Positions 8,317 through 18,347 of a stretch of DNA of 64,000 nt are shown one piece after another. A program made the translations under genes and the position numbers. The notes beneath the pieces were generated by a model that made no database searches, had not been told where the DNA came from, and saw only the letters and a program-made list of their open reading frames with translations. How positions within the stretch are numbered: position 1 is the stretch's first letter; every line of letters begins with the position of its first letter. This DNA comes from Deltaproteobacteria bacterium (GTDB lineage Bacteria > SAR324 > NAC60-12). The stretch lies in contig JAYOTF010000008.1 of the NCBI GenBank assembly GCA_038150265.1, forward strand, positions 28,595 to 92,594, in the 5' to 3' direction.

Positions 8317-10524
8317 CAGCTGCCCCAGGTTTTGGGAAACGTCCTGCAGTTGGTCCGGAAGGTAGGTGTAGCGCACCAGCGTCTGTTCGGACTCCACGGC
8401 ATGCCGCACCGCCTGTTCCGTTCCCACCAAAATCACCAACTGCTTGCCTCGGGTCAGAGCGGTGTAGAGCAGGTTCCGCTGGAGCATGACGTAGTGATGC
8501 GTGGTCAGCGGAATCACCACCGCGGGGTACTCGCTTCCCTGAGACTTGTGAACCGAAATCGCATAGGCCAGCAGCAGCTGGTCGAGGTCCTTCGACTCAT
8601 AGGTCACCAGCCCCTGATCAAACTCCACCACCACCGTCCGGGTATCGGTATCAACGCTCAGGATCCGACCCGTGTCTCCATTGAAGACTTCCTTCTCATA
8701 GTCGTTCTGCTGCTGCATCACCTTGTCGCCGAGGCGCAGCAGGCGGTTCCGGTGCTCCACCGCTGGGCCTTCCGGGTTGAGGACCTGCTGCAGCTTTTCG
8801 TTCAGGGCAACCGAGCCCGTCACGCCTCGGTGCATGGGCGTGAGGACCTGAACCTCCTGAAACGGGTCGAGTCCGAAGCGTTTGGGAATGCGTTCTGCGA
8901 CCAGAGTGGCAATCTTGTCGGCCACCTGCTCCGGGTCGGGCTCTCGAATGAAGTAGAAGTCCCGCAGCTCGGCTCCGGAGGCCACCCGGTCCAGCTCGGG
9001 AAGGATGCCTCGCCGGATGCTGTGGGCATTGACGGTGATGCGGCTGTCCTGGGCCTGCCGGAAGATGCGATCCAGCCGGGCGACGGGGACGAGTCCGGAC
9101 TCAATGCAGTCCCGCAGCACCGAACCGGGGCCGACCGAGGGCAGCTGATCGACGTCTCCCACCAGCAGCAGCCGTGAAGAGGGGTGAATGGCCTGAAGCA
9201 GCGCATCCATGAGCAGGGTGTCGATCATGGACGACTCATCAATGACGATCATTTCCTGCTCCAGGGGCAGGTCTCGGTTTCGCTGAAATCCGAGGTTGTT
9301 GGCTTCCAGCAGGCGGTGGATGGTGGAAGCGGGGGTGCCGGTGGCTTCGTTCAGACGCTTGGCGGCTCGTCCCGTTGGAGCGGCAAGGGCCAGGTTGGGG
9401 ATCTGGGCCCGGATGAGCGCCAGGATGAAGCGGACAATGGTCGTCTTCCCGGTTCCGGGACCCCCTGTGATGATGAGGACCTTGTGCTGAAGCGCCGCTT
9501 CCACGGCTTCGCGCTGGGCGTCGTCCAGGCTCAGGCCCAACACCTGTTCCTGCTGCTGAATCTGGTCCCGTGGATCTGGAAGCGTGGTCAGCGCTTCACT
9601 GTGGAGGACGCGCATCAGGTTTTCAGCCACCCGGCGTTCAGCGTGGAAGAGCTTCAGCTGCGCAAAGCGGGGCGTGTCTCCTCCGGGAAGTTCAACGATC
9701 TGCTTGCTTTCCAGCAAAGGCGCAAAGGCGGGCTCGGTCACTTCCGGAGAAATGCGCAGCTCGCGCTGAGCCATCTCAACAAGGCTGCTGCGAGGGAAGC
9801 AGGTGTGTCCGTTGATGGCCTGTTGCTCCAGCAGGTAGATCAGCCCAGCCTGGGCGCGTTCGGGAGAGTTTTCGTCAAATCCCAACCGACGGGCAATGCC
9901 ATCGGCGGTGAGGAAGCCCACGCCAGGGAGGTGGGTGATCTGGTAGGGGTTGTGCTGCAGATTCGGGATGCTGTTGAGGCCGTACTCGGCAAAGATCTTC
10001 TGAGCGACCGAAGGCGCCACGCCCAGTCCGTGCAGGAAGCTGAGGACGTCTCGCATGCCCTTTTGGTCTTCCCAGCCGTCGATCAGGGTCCGGTACTGGG
10101 TTTTGTTGACGCCCTTGACCCGAAGGAGGGACTCTGGGGAGCGGTCGAGGATCTCGAAGGTGTCGGTGCCGAACTTGTCAACAATGCGCCGCGCAGTGGC
10201 CTCGCCGATGCCCTTGAAGACACCGGAGGCGAGAAAGCGCGTGATGCCCTCCAGCGTGGAAGGCTGGACGGGCATGAACTCCTCAATGACAAACTGGGGG
10301 CCGAAGGTCCGGTGCTCCTCCCAGTGCCCCTTGAGCCGGAGTGTTTCCTGCTCGCTGACCTGAAACAGCGTCCCCTTGACCGTGACGAGGGTGTCGCCGT
10401 CTTCCAGGAGGAACTTGGCAATCATGAACCCACGGTCTGGCTGGGAAAAGACGACCCGCTGCAGCGTGCCCGTGAGGACCTCGTCGAGTCCCTCAGCCTC
10501 CAGGGAGAAGGGCGCATCAGCCAA
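8311..10524 (-). CDS. recD2: ATP-dependent RecD2-like helicase
   Basis: N-terminal OB/HhH region (KGIGEATA), ITGGPGTGKTT, APTGRAAKR, VIDESSM, AYAISVHKSQGSE. Confidence 0.93.
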   Translation of the reverse strand: MADAPFSLEAEGLDEVLTGTLQRVVFSQPDRGFMIAKFLLEDGDTLVTVKGTLFQVSEQETLRLKGHWEEHRTFGPQFVIEEFMPVQPSTLEGITRFLASGVFKGIGEATARRIVDKFGTDTFEILDRSPESLLRVKGVNKTQYRTLIDGWEDQKGMRDVLSFLHGLGVAPSVAQKIFAEYGLNSIPNLQHNPYQITHLPGVGFLTADGIARRLGFDENSPERAQAGLIYLLEQQAINGHTCFPRSSLVEMAQRELRISPEVTEPAFAPLLESKQIVELPGGDTPRFAQLKLFHAERRVAENLMRVLHSEALTTLPDPRDQIQQQEQVLGLSLDDAQREAVEAALQHKVLIITGGPGTGKTTIVRFILALIRAQIPNLALAAPTGRAAKRLNEATGTPASTIHRLLEANNLGFQRNRDLPLEQEMIVIDESSMIDTLLMDALLQAIHPSSRLLLVGDVDQLPSVGPGSVLRDCIESGLVPVARLDRIFRQAQDSRITVNAHSIRRGILPELDRVASGAELRDFYFIREPDPEQVADKIATLVAERIPKRFGLDPFQEVQVLTPMHRGVTGSVALNEKLQQVLNPEGPAVEHRNRLLRLGDKVMQQQNDYEKEVFNGDTGRILSVDTDTRTVVVEFDQGLVTYESKDLDQLLLAYAISVHKSQGSEYPAVVIPLTTHHYVMLQRNLLYTALTRGKQLVILVGTEQAVRHAVESEQTLVRYTYLPDQLQDVSQNLGQLL

Positions 10525-10539
10525 AGCGGTTCCTGCCAG

Positions 10540-11031
10540 TCACGGGTTGGAGGCGGTCACAGGGACATAGAAGGGCGAGCGGATCATCTGCAGCAGGTCA
10601 AACCGCCACTCGCCGTCTTCCTGAAGCATGAGGAACGACTGGGTCCGTTCAAACTGCAAATCAGCGACACTTTTGTGCCGGAAGGTGATGGTCGCCTCCA
10701 CGTAAAGCAGGGTCCGGAAGCGGAACGAGACCACCGGTGGCGTCTGAGGTGCCAGTCCAACGGGCACCCAGTCCAGCTCCACCATGCGGGTGGCATACTC
10801 TTCGAGCCCAATCAGCTCCTTGGACTGGCGCCGTCCGTGCTCATACATCTCAAAGTACCGCTCTTCCTGCCAGAGTTTGAGGAACTCCTCAAAGGCGGTA
10901 CGGGTTTCAGTCTGAATGACCTCCAGCTCCATGGGGGTCGGTTGCCGGGCACTGACCGCTGAGGGGGCCAGGAAGCCGCCCAGCAGCACCATCAGGAGCG
11001 CGAGGCAGAGACGCGGTTGAGTTCGATCCAT
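10540..11031 (-). CDS. Exported hypothetical protein, possibly NTF2-like
   Basis: Signal peptide MDRTQPRLCLALLMVLLGG, ends with EDGEWRFD. Sits between holB and recD2. Confidence 0.6.
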   Translation of the reverse strand: MDRTQPRLCLALLMVLLGGFLAPSAVSARQPTPMELEVIQTETRTAFEEFLKLWQEERYFEMYEHGRRQSKELIGLEEYATRMVELDWVPVGLAPQTPPVVSFRFRTLLYVEATITFRHKSVADLQFERTQSFLMLQEDGEWRFDLLQMIRSPFYVPVTASNP

Positions 11032-12008
11032 AATCCTTCGAGGGCAAGGGCCTTGTTTGCATTGAGTTGGATGGCATGACGGACCTCCGTCAGCCGTTCC
11101 AGCAGGTGCTGAACCCGTTGGAGGGGAAAGCGGATGGCAGCACGCTGAGCCGTGTCCGCAAGCTCCGGATGCAGCAGGTGCTCTGGGTCCAGTCCGTGCT
11201 GGAGCCATGCCACGTCCCGGAACCAGCGCTCAAGAAAGTCCAACATCAGCCGCCATTCGTCACTTTTTGGCGTCGACCACCCGCCAACGGTGCTGAGGAC
11301 CGACTCCAGGGTAGCGGGTCCGGGACGTTCCAGCCACTGCAGCACCGTCTCCTGGACGGTCCGGATGGCTTCAACCCGGGCCACGAGGTCCACCGGGAGG
11401 CTCCCCATCGCCTGAGGCAGCAGGGCCGTGATCTGTTCGGGCGCCAGTTCGGCCTGCTGCTCCAGCAGGGTGCGGATGACGGCTTCCGAGAGAGGCAGCA
11501 GGCGCAGGGGCTGGCACCGCGAAACGATGGTCTCCAGCAGGTGTTCTGGAGAGGGGGCAATCAGGATGATCAGCGTTCCCTCCGGAGGCTCCTCCAGCGT
11601 CTTCAGGAAGGCGTTCGAGGACTCCCGGTTGAGGTGCTCGGCGCCATCCAGAATCAGCGTCCGCCAGCGGGCCCGGTCGGCATGCAGCTGCAGCCAGCGT
11701 TGGGCCTGATGGATCTGCTCCATGCGGATGTTCTTGCCATCGGGCTCAAGCACCAGAAAGTCCGGGTGGTTGCGTTCCGCAATCTGACGACACGCCCGGC
11801 ATTCGCCACAGGCATCGTCACTCCGTTCCTCCAGCAGCCCGCTGGCCTGCTCGCAGTTGAGCCACTGCGCGAGGGCTTCAGCCACACGGAAGCGTCCGGT
11901 GTGAGCCGGGCCTGTGAAGAGCCAGGCGTGTGGCATTCGTCCCAGCTGCTCCACCCTCCGGAGGGTGGCGATGGCCTGATCCTGTCCAAGGATTTCCGAA
12001 AAGGGCAT
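10992..12008 (-). CDS. holB: DNA polymerase III delta' subunit
   Basis: HAWLFTGP, zinc motif CGECRAC, HPDF, NAFLKTLEEPP, TIVSRCQ. Confidence 0.93.
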   Translation of the reverse strand: MPFSEILGQDQAIATLRRVEQLGRMPHAWLFTGPAHTGRFRVAEALAQWLNCEQASGLLEERSDDACGECRACRQIAERNHPDFLVLEPDGKNIRMEQIHQAQRWLQLHADRARWRTLILDGAEHLNRESSNAFLKTLEEPPEGTLIILIAPSPEHLLETIVSRCQPLRLLPLSEAVIRTLLEQQAELAPEQITALLPQAMGSLPVDLVARVEAIRTVQETVLQWLERPGPATLESVLSTVGGWSTPKSDEWRLMLDFLERWFRDVAWLQHGLDPEHLLHPELADTAQRAAIRFPLQRVQHLLERLTEVRHAIQLNANKALALEGLWIELNRVSASRS

Positions 12009-12009
12009 G

Positions 12010-13197
12010 CTAGATCAGTCCATAATGCTGAGCCAGCTGTTCAAAGGCAGGGCGCGAACGCTCAATCTCTTCCTCGGTGCAGCAGAAGGAGATCCGGAAG
12101 TAACCGGGGCGGCCGAAGCCGGTTCCGGGAACCAGCAGGAGGCGTTGCTCCTGAGCACGTTGCACAAAGGCGATGTCGTCTGGTTCCGGAGCCCGGGGGA
12201 AGAGGTAGAAGGCGCCCTGGGGCCGGACCACTTCAAAGTTGCAGGCCTCGAGCAATTCAAGGAAGCGGTTCCGGAGGCGCTCATAGACGGAGATGTCAAC
12301 GGTTGCGGTGCCAATCTCCGGGAGCACACGCTGCATGAGCCCGGGGGCATTGACGAAGCCCAGCACCCGGTTGGCCAGCACCAGCGCCCCCTGCACCAGC
12401 GCCCGCTCCTCAATCTGCGGGTTGACGGCGATGTAGCCAATGCGCTCTCCAGGGAGCCCCAGGTCCTTGGAGTGCGAGGTCACCAGCAGGCTGTTGGGAT
12501 GACTGAGCAGGGCGTTGCCACTGGTGACGCCATCGTAGGTGAGGCGGTGGTAGATGTCATCCGAGACCAGGTAGATCGGGTGGCCCACCTCCTGTTCCTT
12601 TTGCTGCAGCAACGCCCCCAGCGCATCCAGCGTCTCCTGCGTGTACACGACCCCAGTCGGGTTGTTGGGGGAGTTGACCAGCACCACCTTCGTCTGTGGA
12701 CCGATGGCCGCGTCCAACGCGTTCAGGTCGGGCTGAAAGTGCGCGTCGGTGGGAACCGGCTTGAGGACACCGCCATGATTTTGTGCATAAAACCCATACT
12801 CCACAAAATAGGGGGCAAGGGCGACCACCTCGTCTCCCGGATCCAGCAGGGCCTTGAGGACCACATTCAGCCCGCCTCCGGCTCCGCAGCACATCACGAC
12901 GTCCTCCGGTTCGAAGCCGAGCCCAGTTGCGGTTTTCAGAGTGGTGGCCTCGTAAGCCCGGACCTCCGGATAGCCTGCGTTGGGCATGTACCGGTGCAGT
13001 CCGGGAGCCGGCGCGTCGAGCAGCTTCCGGAGCGCCTCGTGAAACGCTTCCGGAGGCTCGAGGACGGGGTTGCCGATGGAGAAGTCGTAAACCTGCTCGG
13101 CGCCGTGGAGGGCCTTGAGGCGGGCGCCTTCTTCAAACATCTGGCGGATCCAGGAGGATCGCTGCATGGAGTCACGGACGCTCTGCGCAATGGGCAT
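12010..13197 (-). CDS. Class I PLP-dependent (aspartate-type) aminotransferase
   Basis: DFSIGNP, NSPNNPTG, SDDIY, SHSKDLGLPGERIGY. Confidence 0.9.
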   Translation of the reverse strand: MPIAQSVRDSMQRSSWIRQMFEEGARLKALHGAEQVYDFSIGNPVLEPPEAFHEALRKLLDAPAPGLHRYMPNAGYPEVRAYEATTLKTATGLGFEPEDVVMCCGAGGGLNVVLKALLDPGDEVVALAPYFVEYGFYAQNHGGVLKPVPTDAHFQPDLNALDAAIGPQTKVVLVNSPNNPTGVVYTQETLDALGALLQQKEQEVGHPIYLVSDDIYHRLTYDGVTSGNALLSHPNSLLVTSHSKDLGLPGERIGYIAVNPQIEERALVQGALVLANRVLGFVNAPGLMQRVLPEIGTATVDISVYERLRNRFLELLEACNFEVVRPQGAFYLFPRAPEPDDIAFVQRAQEQRLLLVPGTGFGRPGYFRISFCCTEEEIERSRPAFEQLAQHYGLI

Positions 13198-13261
13198 AAG
13201 GGGGTGATGGATTCAGTGTGGAAAAAGGCTCGGGCCAGCGGGAACAGAACAACCAGGGCGG

Positions 13262-14968
13262 TTAGGGGGCCCTCCAGACACCGTGTTCCTCCAGCAGGTC
13301 AATCAGGCGATCAACCGCCTGCTCCGAGGGGATGTTGCGGGCCACCTGCTCCTGCCCCTTGTAAAGGTGCACCTTGCCCGGCCCGGCTCCAACGTACCCG
13401 AAGTCGGCGTCGGCCATCTCTCCGGGGCCGTTCACCACGCAGCCCATGACGGCGATCTTGACCCCCTTGAGGTGCGCGGTGCGCTCCTTGATGCGGGCGG
13501 TGGTGGTCTGGAGGTCAAAGAAGGTCCGTCCGCAGGAAGGGCAGGAGATGAAGTCTGCCTTGTACAGCCGCACCCGAGTTGCCTGCAGGAGCATCTGGGC
13601 AAACTCGACCTCGGGCGCCTCCGGATTGGGGGTTGGACACACGAGGGCCTGCAGCAGGCCTTCGGCAATCAGCGTGCCCAGCTCCGCAGCAAGGCCAAGG
13701 GGGAGCTGTTCGGGTTCCAATGCCGGAAGCACCACTCCGAGTGGCCAGGGGGTGTGGGCCTGATCGAGCTGCTGGCGCCACTCCCGGATGACGGAAAGCG
13801 GGTGGTCGGTGGTCAGCAAAAGCAGCTCCGGACGGTCCGGGTCAACAGGAGCAGCGGGGCTGAGCAGGCGGAAGGGAAGGACCCCAGCCTGATCCTTTTG
13901 CAAAAGGCCATCAAAGACATCGCTGCCCAGTCCGGGGATGATGTAGTCGCTGAGCGCCAGCAGGCGGAAGGGCGCGGCGCCTCCGACTGTGAGGCCGTTC
14001 AGGTCCACAGCCGTGGTGACGGTGGCGTGGGGCCCTTCCGGGATCAGCTCGCCCTTCTGCAGGGTTCCGGTGAAGGAGGCTTCCTGGCGCGAGGCGGTGG
14101 GAGCCTGCCCCTGGATTTCTTCAAGAATTTGCCGAGCCGCCGGAATTTCGTTCTCTGCAGGTTCCGTCAAGGAGACCCGGATGGTATCGCCCAAGCCATC
14201 GGCAAGGAGCCCCCCGATGCCCACGGCGCTTTTGATGCGTCCGTCTGGACCAAAGCCGGCTTCGGTCACGCCCAGGTGCAGTGGGTAGTCCATGCCCTCT
14301 TCATCCATGCGCTTCACCAGGAGCCGATAGGCCTGCATCATCACCATCGGGTTGGACGACTTCATGGAGAGGACGATGTCGTGGTAGTCGTGCTTCCGGA
14401 AGAGGCGGAGGAACTCCAGCGCCGACTGCACCATGCCCTCGGGGGAGTCGCCGTAGCGGTTCATGATGCGGTCGGAGAGTGACCCGTGGTTGGTGCCGAT
14501 GCGCAAGGCCCGTCCGTAGCGCTTGAGGTTGGCAATCAGGGGCAGGAGCGACTCCTCAATGCGCTCCAGCTCTTCGGCATACTGGGCATCGGAGTACTCC
14601 CGGACTTCAAACTTCTTGCGGTCGGCGTAGTTGCCCGGATTGATCCGGACCTTTTCCACAAACTCGCAGGCGCCAACGGCCAGGAGGGGGTTGAAGTGGA
14701 TGTCGGCAATCAGGGGGCGGGTGATGCCCCGCTCGCGCATGCCCGCATGGATGCGACCCAGGGCTTCCACGGACTTCTGGTTGGGAGCCGTGACTCGAAT
14801 CATTTCACACCCGACGGCATCCAGGCGGACAATTTCGGCAAGGCAGGCGTCGACATCGGTGGTGTCTGAGGTCAGCATCGACTGGATGCGGATCGGTTCC
14901 TGCCCGCCAACCGCAAGGTCTCCAATGCGGACGGTACGGCACGATCGGCGAAAGGGCTGCAAGGACAT
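13262..14968 (-). CDS. ispG: HMBPP synthase, long (inserted-domain) form
   Basis: IQSM, ADIHF, RINPGN, RIGTNHGS, PLHLGVTEAG, GDTIRVSLT, ISCPSCGR, MGCVVNGPGE. Confidence 0.95.
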   Translation of the reverse strand: MSLQPFRRSCRTVRIGDLAVGGQEPIRIQSMLTSDTTDVDACLAEIVRLDAVGCEMIRVTAPNQKSVEALGRIHAGMRERGITRPLIADIHFNPLLAVGACEFVEKVRINPGNYADRKKFEVREYSDAQYAEELERIEESLLPLIANLKRYGRALRIGTNHGSLSDRIMNRYGDSPEGMVQSALEFLRLFRKHDYHDIVLSMKSSNPMVMMQAYRLLVKRMDEEGMDYPLHLGVTEAGFGPDGRIKSAVGIGGLLADGLGDTIRVSLTEPAENEIPAARQILEEIQGQAPTASRQEASFTGTLQKGELIPEGPHATVTTAVDLNGLTVGGAAPFRLLALSDYIIPGLGSDVFDGLLQKDQAGVLPFRLLSPAAPVDPDRPELLLLTTDHPLSVIREWRQQLDQAHTPWPLGVVLPALEPEQLPLGLAAELGTLIAEGLLQALVCPTPNPEAPEVEFAQMLLQATRVRLYKADFISCPSCGRTFFDLQTTTARIKERTAHLKGVKIAVMGCVVNGPGEMADADFGYVGAGPGKVHLYKGQEQVARNIPSEQAVDRLIDLLEEHGVWRAP

Positions 14969-15140
14969 GAAGGGACTCTCGAAACAAATCGTAAAATCAA
15001 AATCTTGAGCGGAGTCTCTTTCACTTTCAAGCGGAACTCCGGAGGAGGGGGTGCTTCCGGAAGCGGAAGCTTGTGCTTTGAGGCGCCTTCCCGCTATTTT
15101 GGAGGGCCTTTTTCTTCTCCATTTTTTCAGGAATTTTGTG

Positions 15141-15953
15141 ATGTCCCCTCCTGCTTCTCGACTCCCCAGCCTCTACCTGCCTCATGGCGGAGGCCCGTGC
15201 TTCTTCATGGACTGGACGATGGGGCCTCCCGACACGTGGAATCGCATGCAGACGTGGCTGGAAGGCTTGCTGGACACGCTTCCGGAACGTCCCACTCGGC
15301 TGCTGGTGATCTCGGCTCACTGGGAAACCCCCGTGGTGCAGGTGACCACGCATCCCGAGCCCGAGTTGATTTATGACTACTACGGCTTTCCTCAGCACAC
15401 CTACCAACTGCAGTGGCCTGCTCCCGGTGATCCCGCCTTGGCGCAGCAGGTGCTGACGCTGCTGGAAGAAGCCCGGATTCCTGCAGAAGCCAACCCGACC
15501 CGAGGCTGGGACCATGGGGTGTTCATCCCGTTCAAGGTCGCCCTTCCGGAGGCGGACCTGCCGACGGTGGCCGTGTCGTTGCGGGCAGATCTGGACCCGG
15601 CGTTTCACTACCAGGTGGGACAGGCGCTGCGGCCCCTCAAGGATCAGGGGGTGCTGATCGTGGGGTCAGGCATGAGCTACCACAACCTGAAGCGGATGTT
15701 CTCCGGATCGCTGCTGGAGGAATCGGTGGCCTTTGATGGCTGGCTGCAGGAGTGGTCGCAGCTTCCGGAACCGGAGCGTCAGCAGAAGTTGGTGAACTGG
15801 TTGCAGGCGCCTCAGGCTCGGCAGTGCCATCCACGTGAAGAGCACCTGGCCCCCCTGTTTGTGGCGGCAGGGGCCAGCTCCGGAGGCCAGGCGTGGTGCC
15901 CCTTCACCGATCAGGTCATGGGCGCTCAGGTGTCAGCGTTTGCGTTTGACTGA
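15141..15953 (+). CDS. DODA/YgiD-type class III extradiol dioxygenase
   Basis: LPHGGGP, VISAHWE, YDYYGFP, RGWDHG, GSGMSYHN, HPREEHL. Confidence 0.9.
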   Translation: MSPPASRLPSLYLPHGGGPCFFMDWTMGPPDTWNRMQTWLEGLLDTLPERPTRLLVISAHWETPVVQVTTHPEPELIYDYYGFPQHTYQLQWPAPGDPALAQQVLTLLEEARIPAEANPTRGWDHGVFIPFKVALPEADLPTVAVSLRADLDPAFHYQVGQALRPLKDQGVLIVGSGMSYHNLKRMFSGSLLEESVAFDGWLQEWSQLPEPERQQKLVNWLQAPQARQCHPREEHLAPLFVAAGASSGGQAWCPFTDQVMGAQVSAFAFD

Positions 15954-17092
15954 GTGCGTGCCAATTCCTGAAACAGCCAGACAAACGCAAAAACGGTGGC
16001 AACACAGCCTCCGAAGACCACAAAGAAGGGAAGCCCCGGGTGCTGCTCCACGGCGTACCCGCCCCACAGGTTTCCTGTCACCATGGCCAGGCTCCAGGCG
16101 AGGTGCGACCAGCCCACCACCTGAGCCTTTTCATCAGGACCTGCCACCGCGTTCATGAGACGCGGGAGCAGGGTTGAGACGCCCCACGCACACACGGCTC
16201 CCCCGGTTCCCAAGAGAAACAGCCCTGCCAGAGAGTCGGTGTAGAAGCCGATGCCTCCGGAACAGAGGGCGACGCCAATGCTCGAGAGCAGGGTGGGGCG
16301 CTGGGGGCCACTTTGATCGGCCCACTTGCCAATGAACACCTGTCCGGATGCAGCCAGCACCAGGCTGACGGAGACGTAACTGGTGGACCAGAACACCGAC
16401 TCGGTGGCCCGGAAGATCAGCAACGGCAGCAGCAAGGTCGCGGTGCCCCAGTAGCAGGTGGGAAGGAAGCGGACTGCGAGGATCAGCTGCACCGCCCGCC
16501 GCTTCAGCAAAAAAGGCGCGGGTCCGGAGGTGGGGGCTGGCGCCGGTGTGCCCCGTTCCGGCTCCGACAGAAAGCGCGCAATGCCCAGCAGCAGCACGGC
16601 CACTCCCCCCAGCAGCCCCACTCCCAACCCCACAAAACCAAGGTGCTCCACCACGGGACCGGCGACCAGGTTCCCCAGTGACGTCCCCAGCGTCATGCCC
16701 AGAAAGTAGTAGGCGGAGCGGCTGCTGAGCTGAGCCTCGGGGACACTGTGAAGCAGGTAGGCGTGTCCGGAGGTGACGAGGAAGCCGGTTCCGAGGCCAA
16801 ACCCGATGCTGAGCGGAAGGAGGAAGGCGCTTTCGCTCTGGAGGAAGATGAGCGCGCCCAGCAGGCTTCCGGAAGCACCGAAGAGGAACATCGGCTTGAG
16901 GCCCCAGCGGTCGCAGAGGCGCCCAGCAGGCACGGCAGACAGCCCTCCGAGGATCAGAAAGACGGAGTTGATGCCCGCGGAAAACAGCGGAGGCGCCTGC
17001 AGTTCAGACTCGACATAAATCGGCAGCAGCGCGTTGATGGGGCCGGTGAAGAGGCTGACGCAGAAGTTGAGGAAGAGAAAGCGCGCGAGGAT
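15926..17092 (-). CDS. MFS transporter (5' end uncertain, probably non-canonical ATC start at 17092)
   Basis: Motif A GRLCDRWG and GKWADQSG. The frame stays open upstream of GTG 16933 through TM1/TM2 (ILARFLFLNFCVSLFTGPINALLPIY). Confidence 0.75.
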   Translation of the reverse strand: MLARFLFLNFCVSLFTGPINALLPIYVESELQAPPLFSAGINSVFLILGGLSAVPAGRLCDRWGLKPMFLFGASGSLLGALIFLQSESAFLLPLSIGFGLGTGFLVTSGHAYLLHSVPEAQLSSRSAYYFLGMTLGTSLGNLVAGPVVEHLGFVGLGVGLLGGVAVLLLGIARFLSEPERGTPAPAPTSGPAPFLLKRRAVQLILAVRFLPTCYWGTATLLLPLLIFRATESVFWSTSYVSVSLVLAASGQVFIGKWADQSGPQRPTLLSSIGVALCSGGIGFYTDSLAGLFLLGTGGAVCAWGVSTLLPRLMNAVAGPDEKAQVVGWSHLAWSLAMVTGNLWGGYAVEQHPGLPFFVVFGGCVATVFAFVWLFQELARTQSNANADT

Positions 17093-17146
17093 GAAGCCTC
17101 CTGAAGCAGCAAAAGGAAACGGGCGAGGGGGAGACGTCTGCGGAGG

Positions 17147-17620
17147 CTAGCCTTCGTTTGCGGTCAGGGCCTGGTGGGCGCGATCAATGGCGTCATTGAG
17201 GTAGTATCCGAAAAAATCCTCTGGACCGAGTCCCACGAAGCGATCCACCAGCTCCTCGCCGTTGGGACCGAGGAAGACCATGGTGGGGACCAGGGAGATG
17301 CGGTAGCGTTCGGTGAGGGTTTCGAGGGTCTGCGCGGTACCGTCAAAGTCCCGGAAGGGCCGGGAGGGGTGATCACGAGGAACCTCGCGGATGAGGAGGC
17401 GGTGGGCCTGTTCGCCGTTTCGTTGCATGGGCAGCAGGTAGCCCTGCTTGAGGCGGTGGCAGTAAGGACAGTACTCTTCGGTAAAGACGAGGAGCAGCGC
17501 AACCTGATTCTGCCGCATGGTGGCCGCGTCGGCGGCCAGGTCTTGAACCGGCGGGAGCGACTCCGCCCAGGCAAACCCGGGCGGGAGCAGGAGAGCAAGG
17601 AGGATGAAAACGCGAATCAT
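17147..17620 (-). CDS. soxW: Periplasmic thioredoxin, SoxW/SoxS-like
   Basis: Signal peptide, CPYC, VPTMVF. Lies at the end of the sox cluster. Confidence 0.75.
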   Translation of the reverse strand: MIRVFILLALLLPPGFAWAESLPPVQDLAADAATMRQNQVALLLVFTEEYCPYCHRLKQGYLLPMQRNGEQAHRLLIREVPRDHPSRPFRDFDGTAQTLETLTERYRISLVPTMVFLGPNGEELVDRFVGLGPEDFFGYYLNDAIDRAHQALTANEG

Positions 17621-17638
17621 TTTTCCCCCTTGGGGTGG

Positions 17639-18280
17639 TTAGAGCTTGCGCTCAAAGGTGGCCACGTATGCGGCAATGCTGTTGATCACCTGCTCATCGG
17701 GAAGGGTGAGCGAGATGCCACGCATCATGGCTCCGTACTTGTCATCGGGGTGAGCCCCTCGGATGCCGGTGTAGAAGTTCTTGAGCTGCCGGACCACGTA
17801 CCAGTCCTGCTGACCGGCAATGCGTGGGGCCTGCAGTCCGACGTTGCCTTCGCCTTCGGAGCCATGGCAGGACGCGCAGCTGGCGTCATAAGCCTGCTTG
17901 CCCACGTCGAGGTCTCCCTCAATGGTCTTGGGAGGGTTGTAGGCTTCGAGGGAAGTCAGGTAGGCGACAACGTCATCGACCACCTGCTCGTCGATGAGCA
18001 TGTTGGCCATGGGGCGCATCCACTGTCCCAACTCATCGTCCGGATGGGCGCCACGGATGCCCTGCTTGAAGTTGAGAATCTGACGCTTGAGGTACCAGTC
18101 CTCCTGTCCGGCGAGGGAGGGGGTCTGGAGTTTGGGCATCCCGTTGCCATTGGACGCATGGCAACCGCCACAGGTTGCATAGTGCCACTGACCCCGCTCC
18201 GGGTCTCCTTTGGCCCAGACCGTTGTGGTCAGCGCAAGGCTGGTCAGCAGCAGTACTCCCCAATGCCTCAATGTCTGCAT
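17639..18280 (-). CDS. Diheme cytochrome c (c4/c553-like)
   Basis: Signal peptide, CGGCH and CASCH, duplicated P-x-LAGQ halves. Confidence 0.9.
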   Translation of the reverse strand: MQTLRHWGVLLLTSLALTTTVWAKGDPERGQWHYATCGGCHASNGNGMPKLQTPSLAGQEDWYLKRQILNFKQGIRGAHPDDELGQWMRPMANMLIDEQVVDDVVAYLTSLEAYNPPKTIEGDLDVGKQAYDASCASCHGSEGEGNVGLQAPRIAGQQDWYVVRQLKNFYTGIRGAHPDDKYGAMMRGISLTLPDEQVINSIAAYVATFERKL

Positions 18281-18347
18281 CGTCTCTCCTTGGTTGTCTC
18301 AATCAATTGGAATCAAGCGGGGCCGGAGGTTCCGACCCCAGGTCTGC

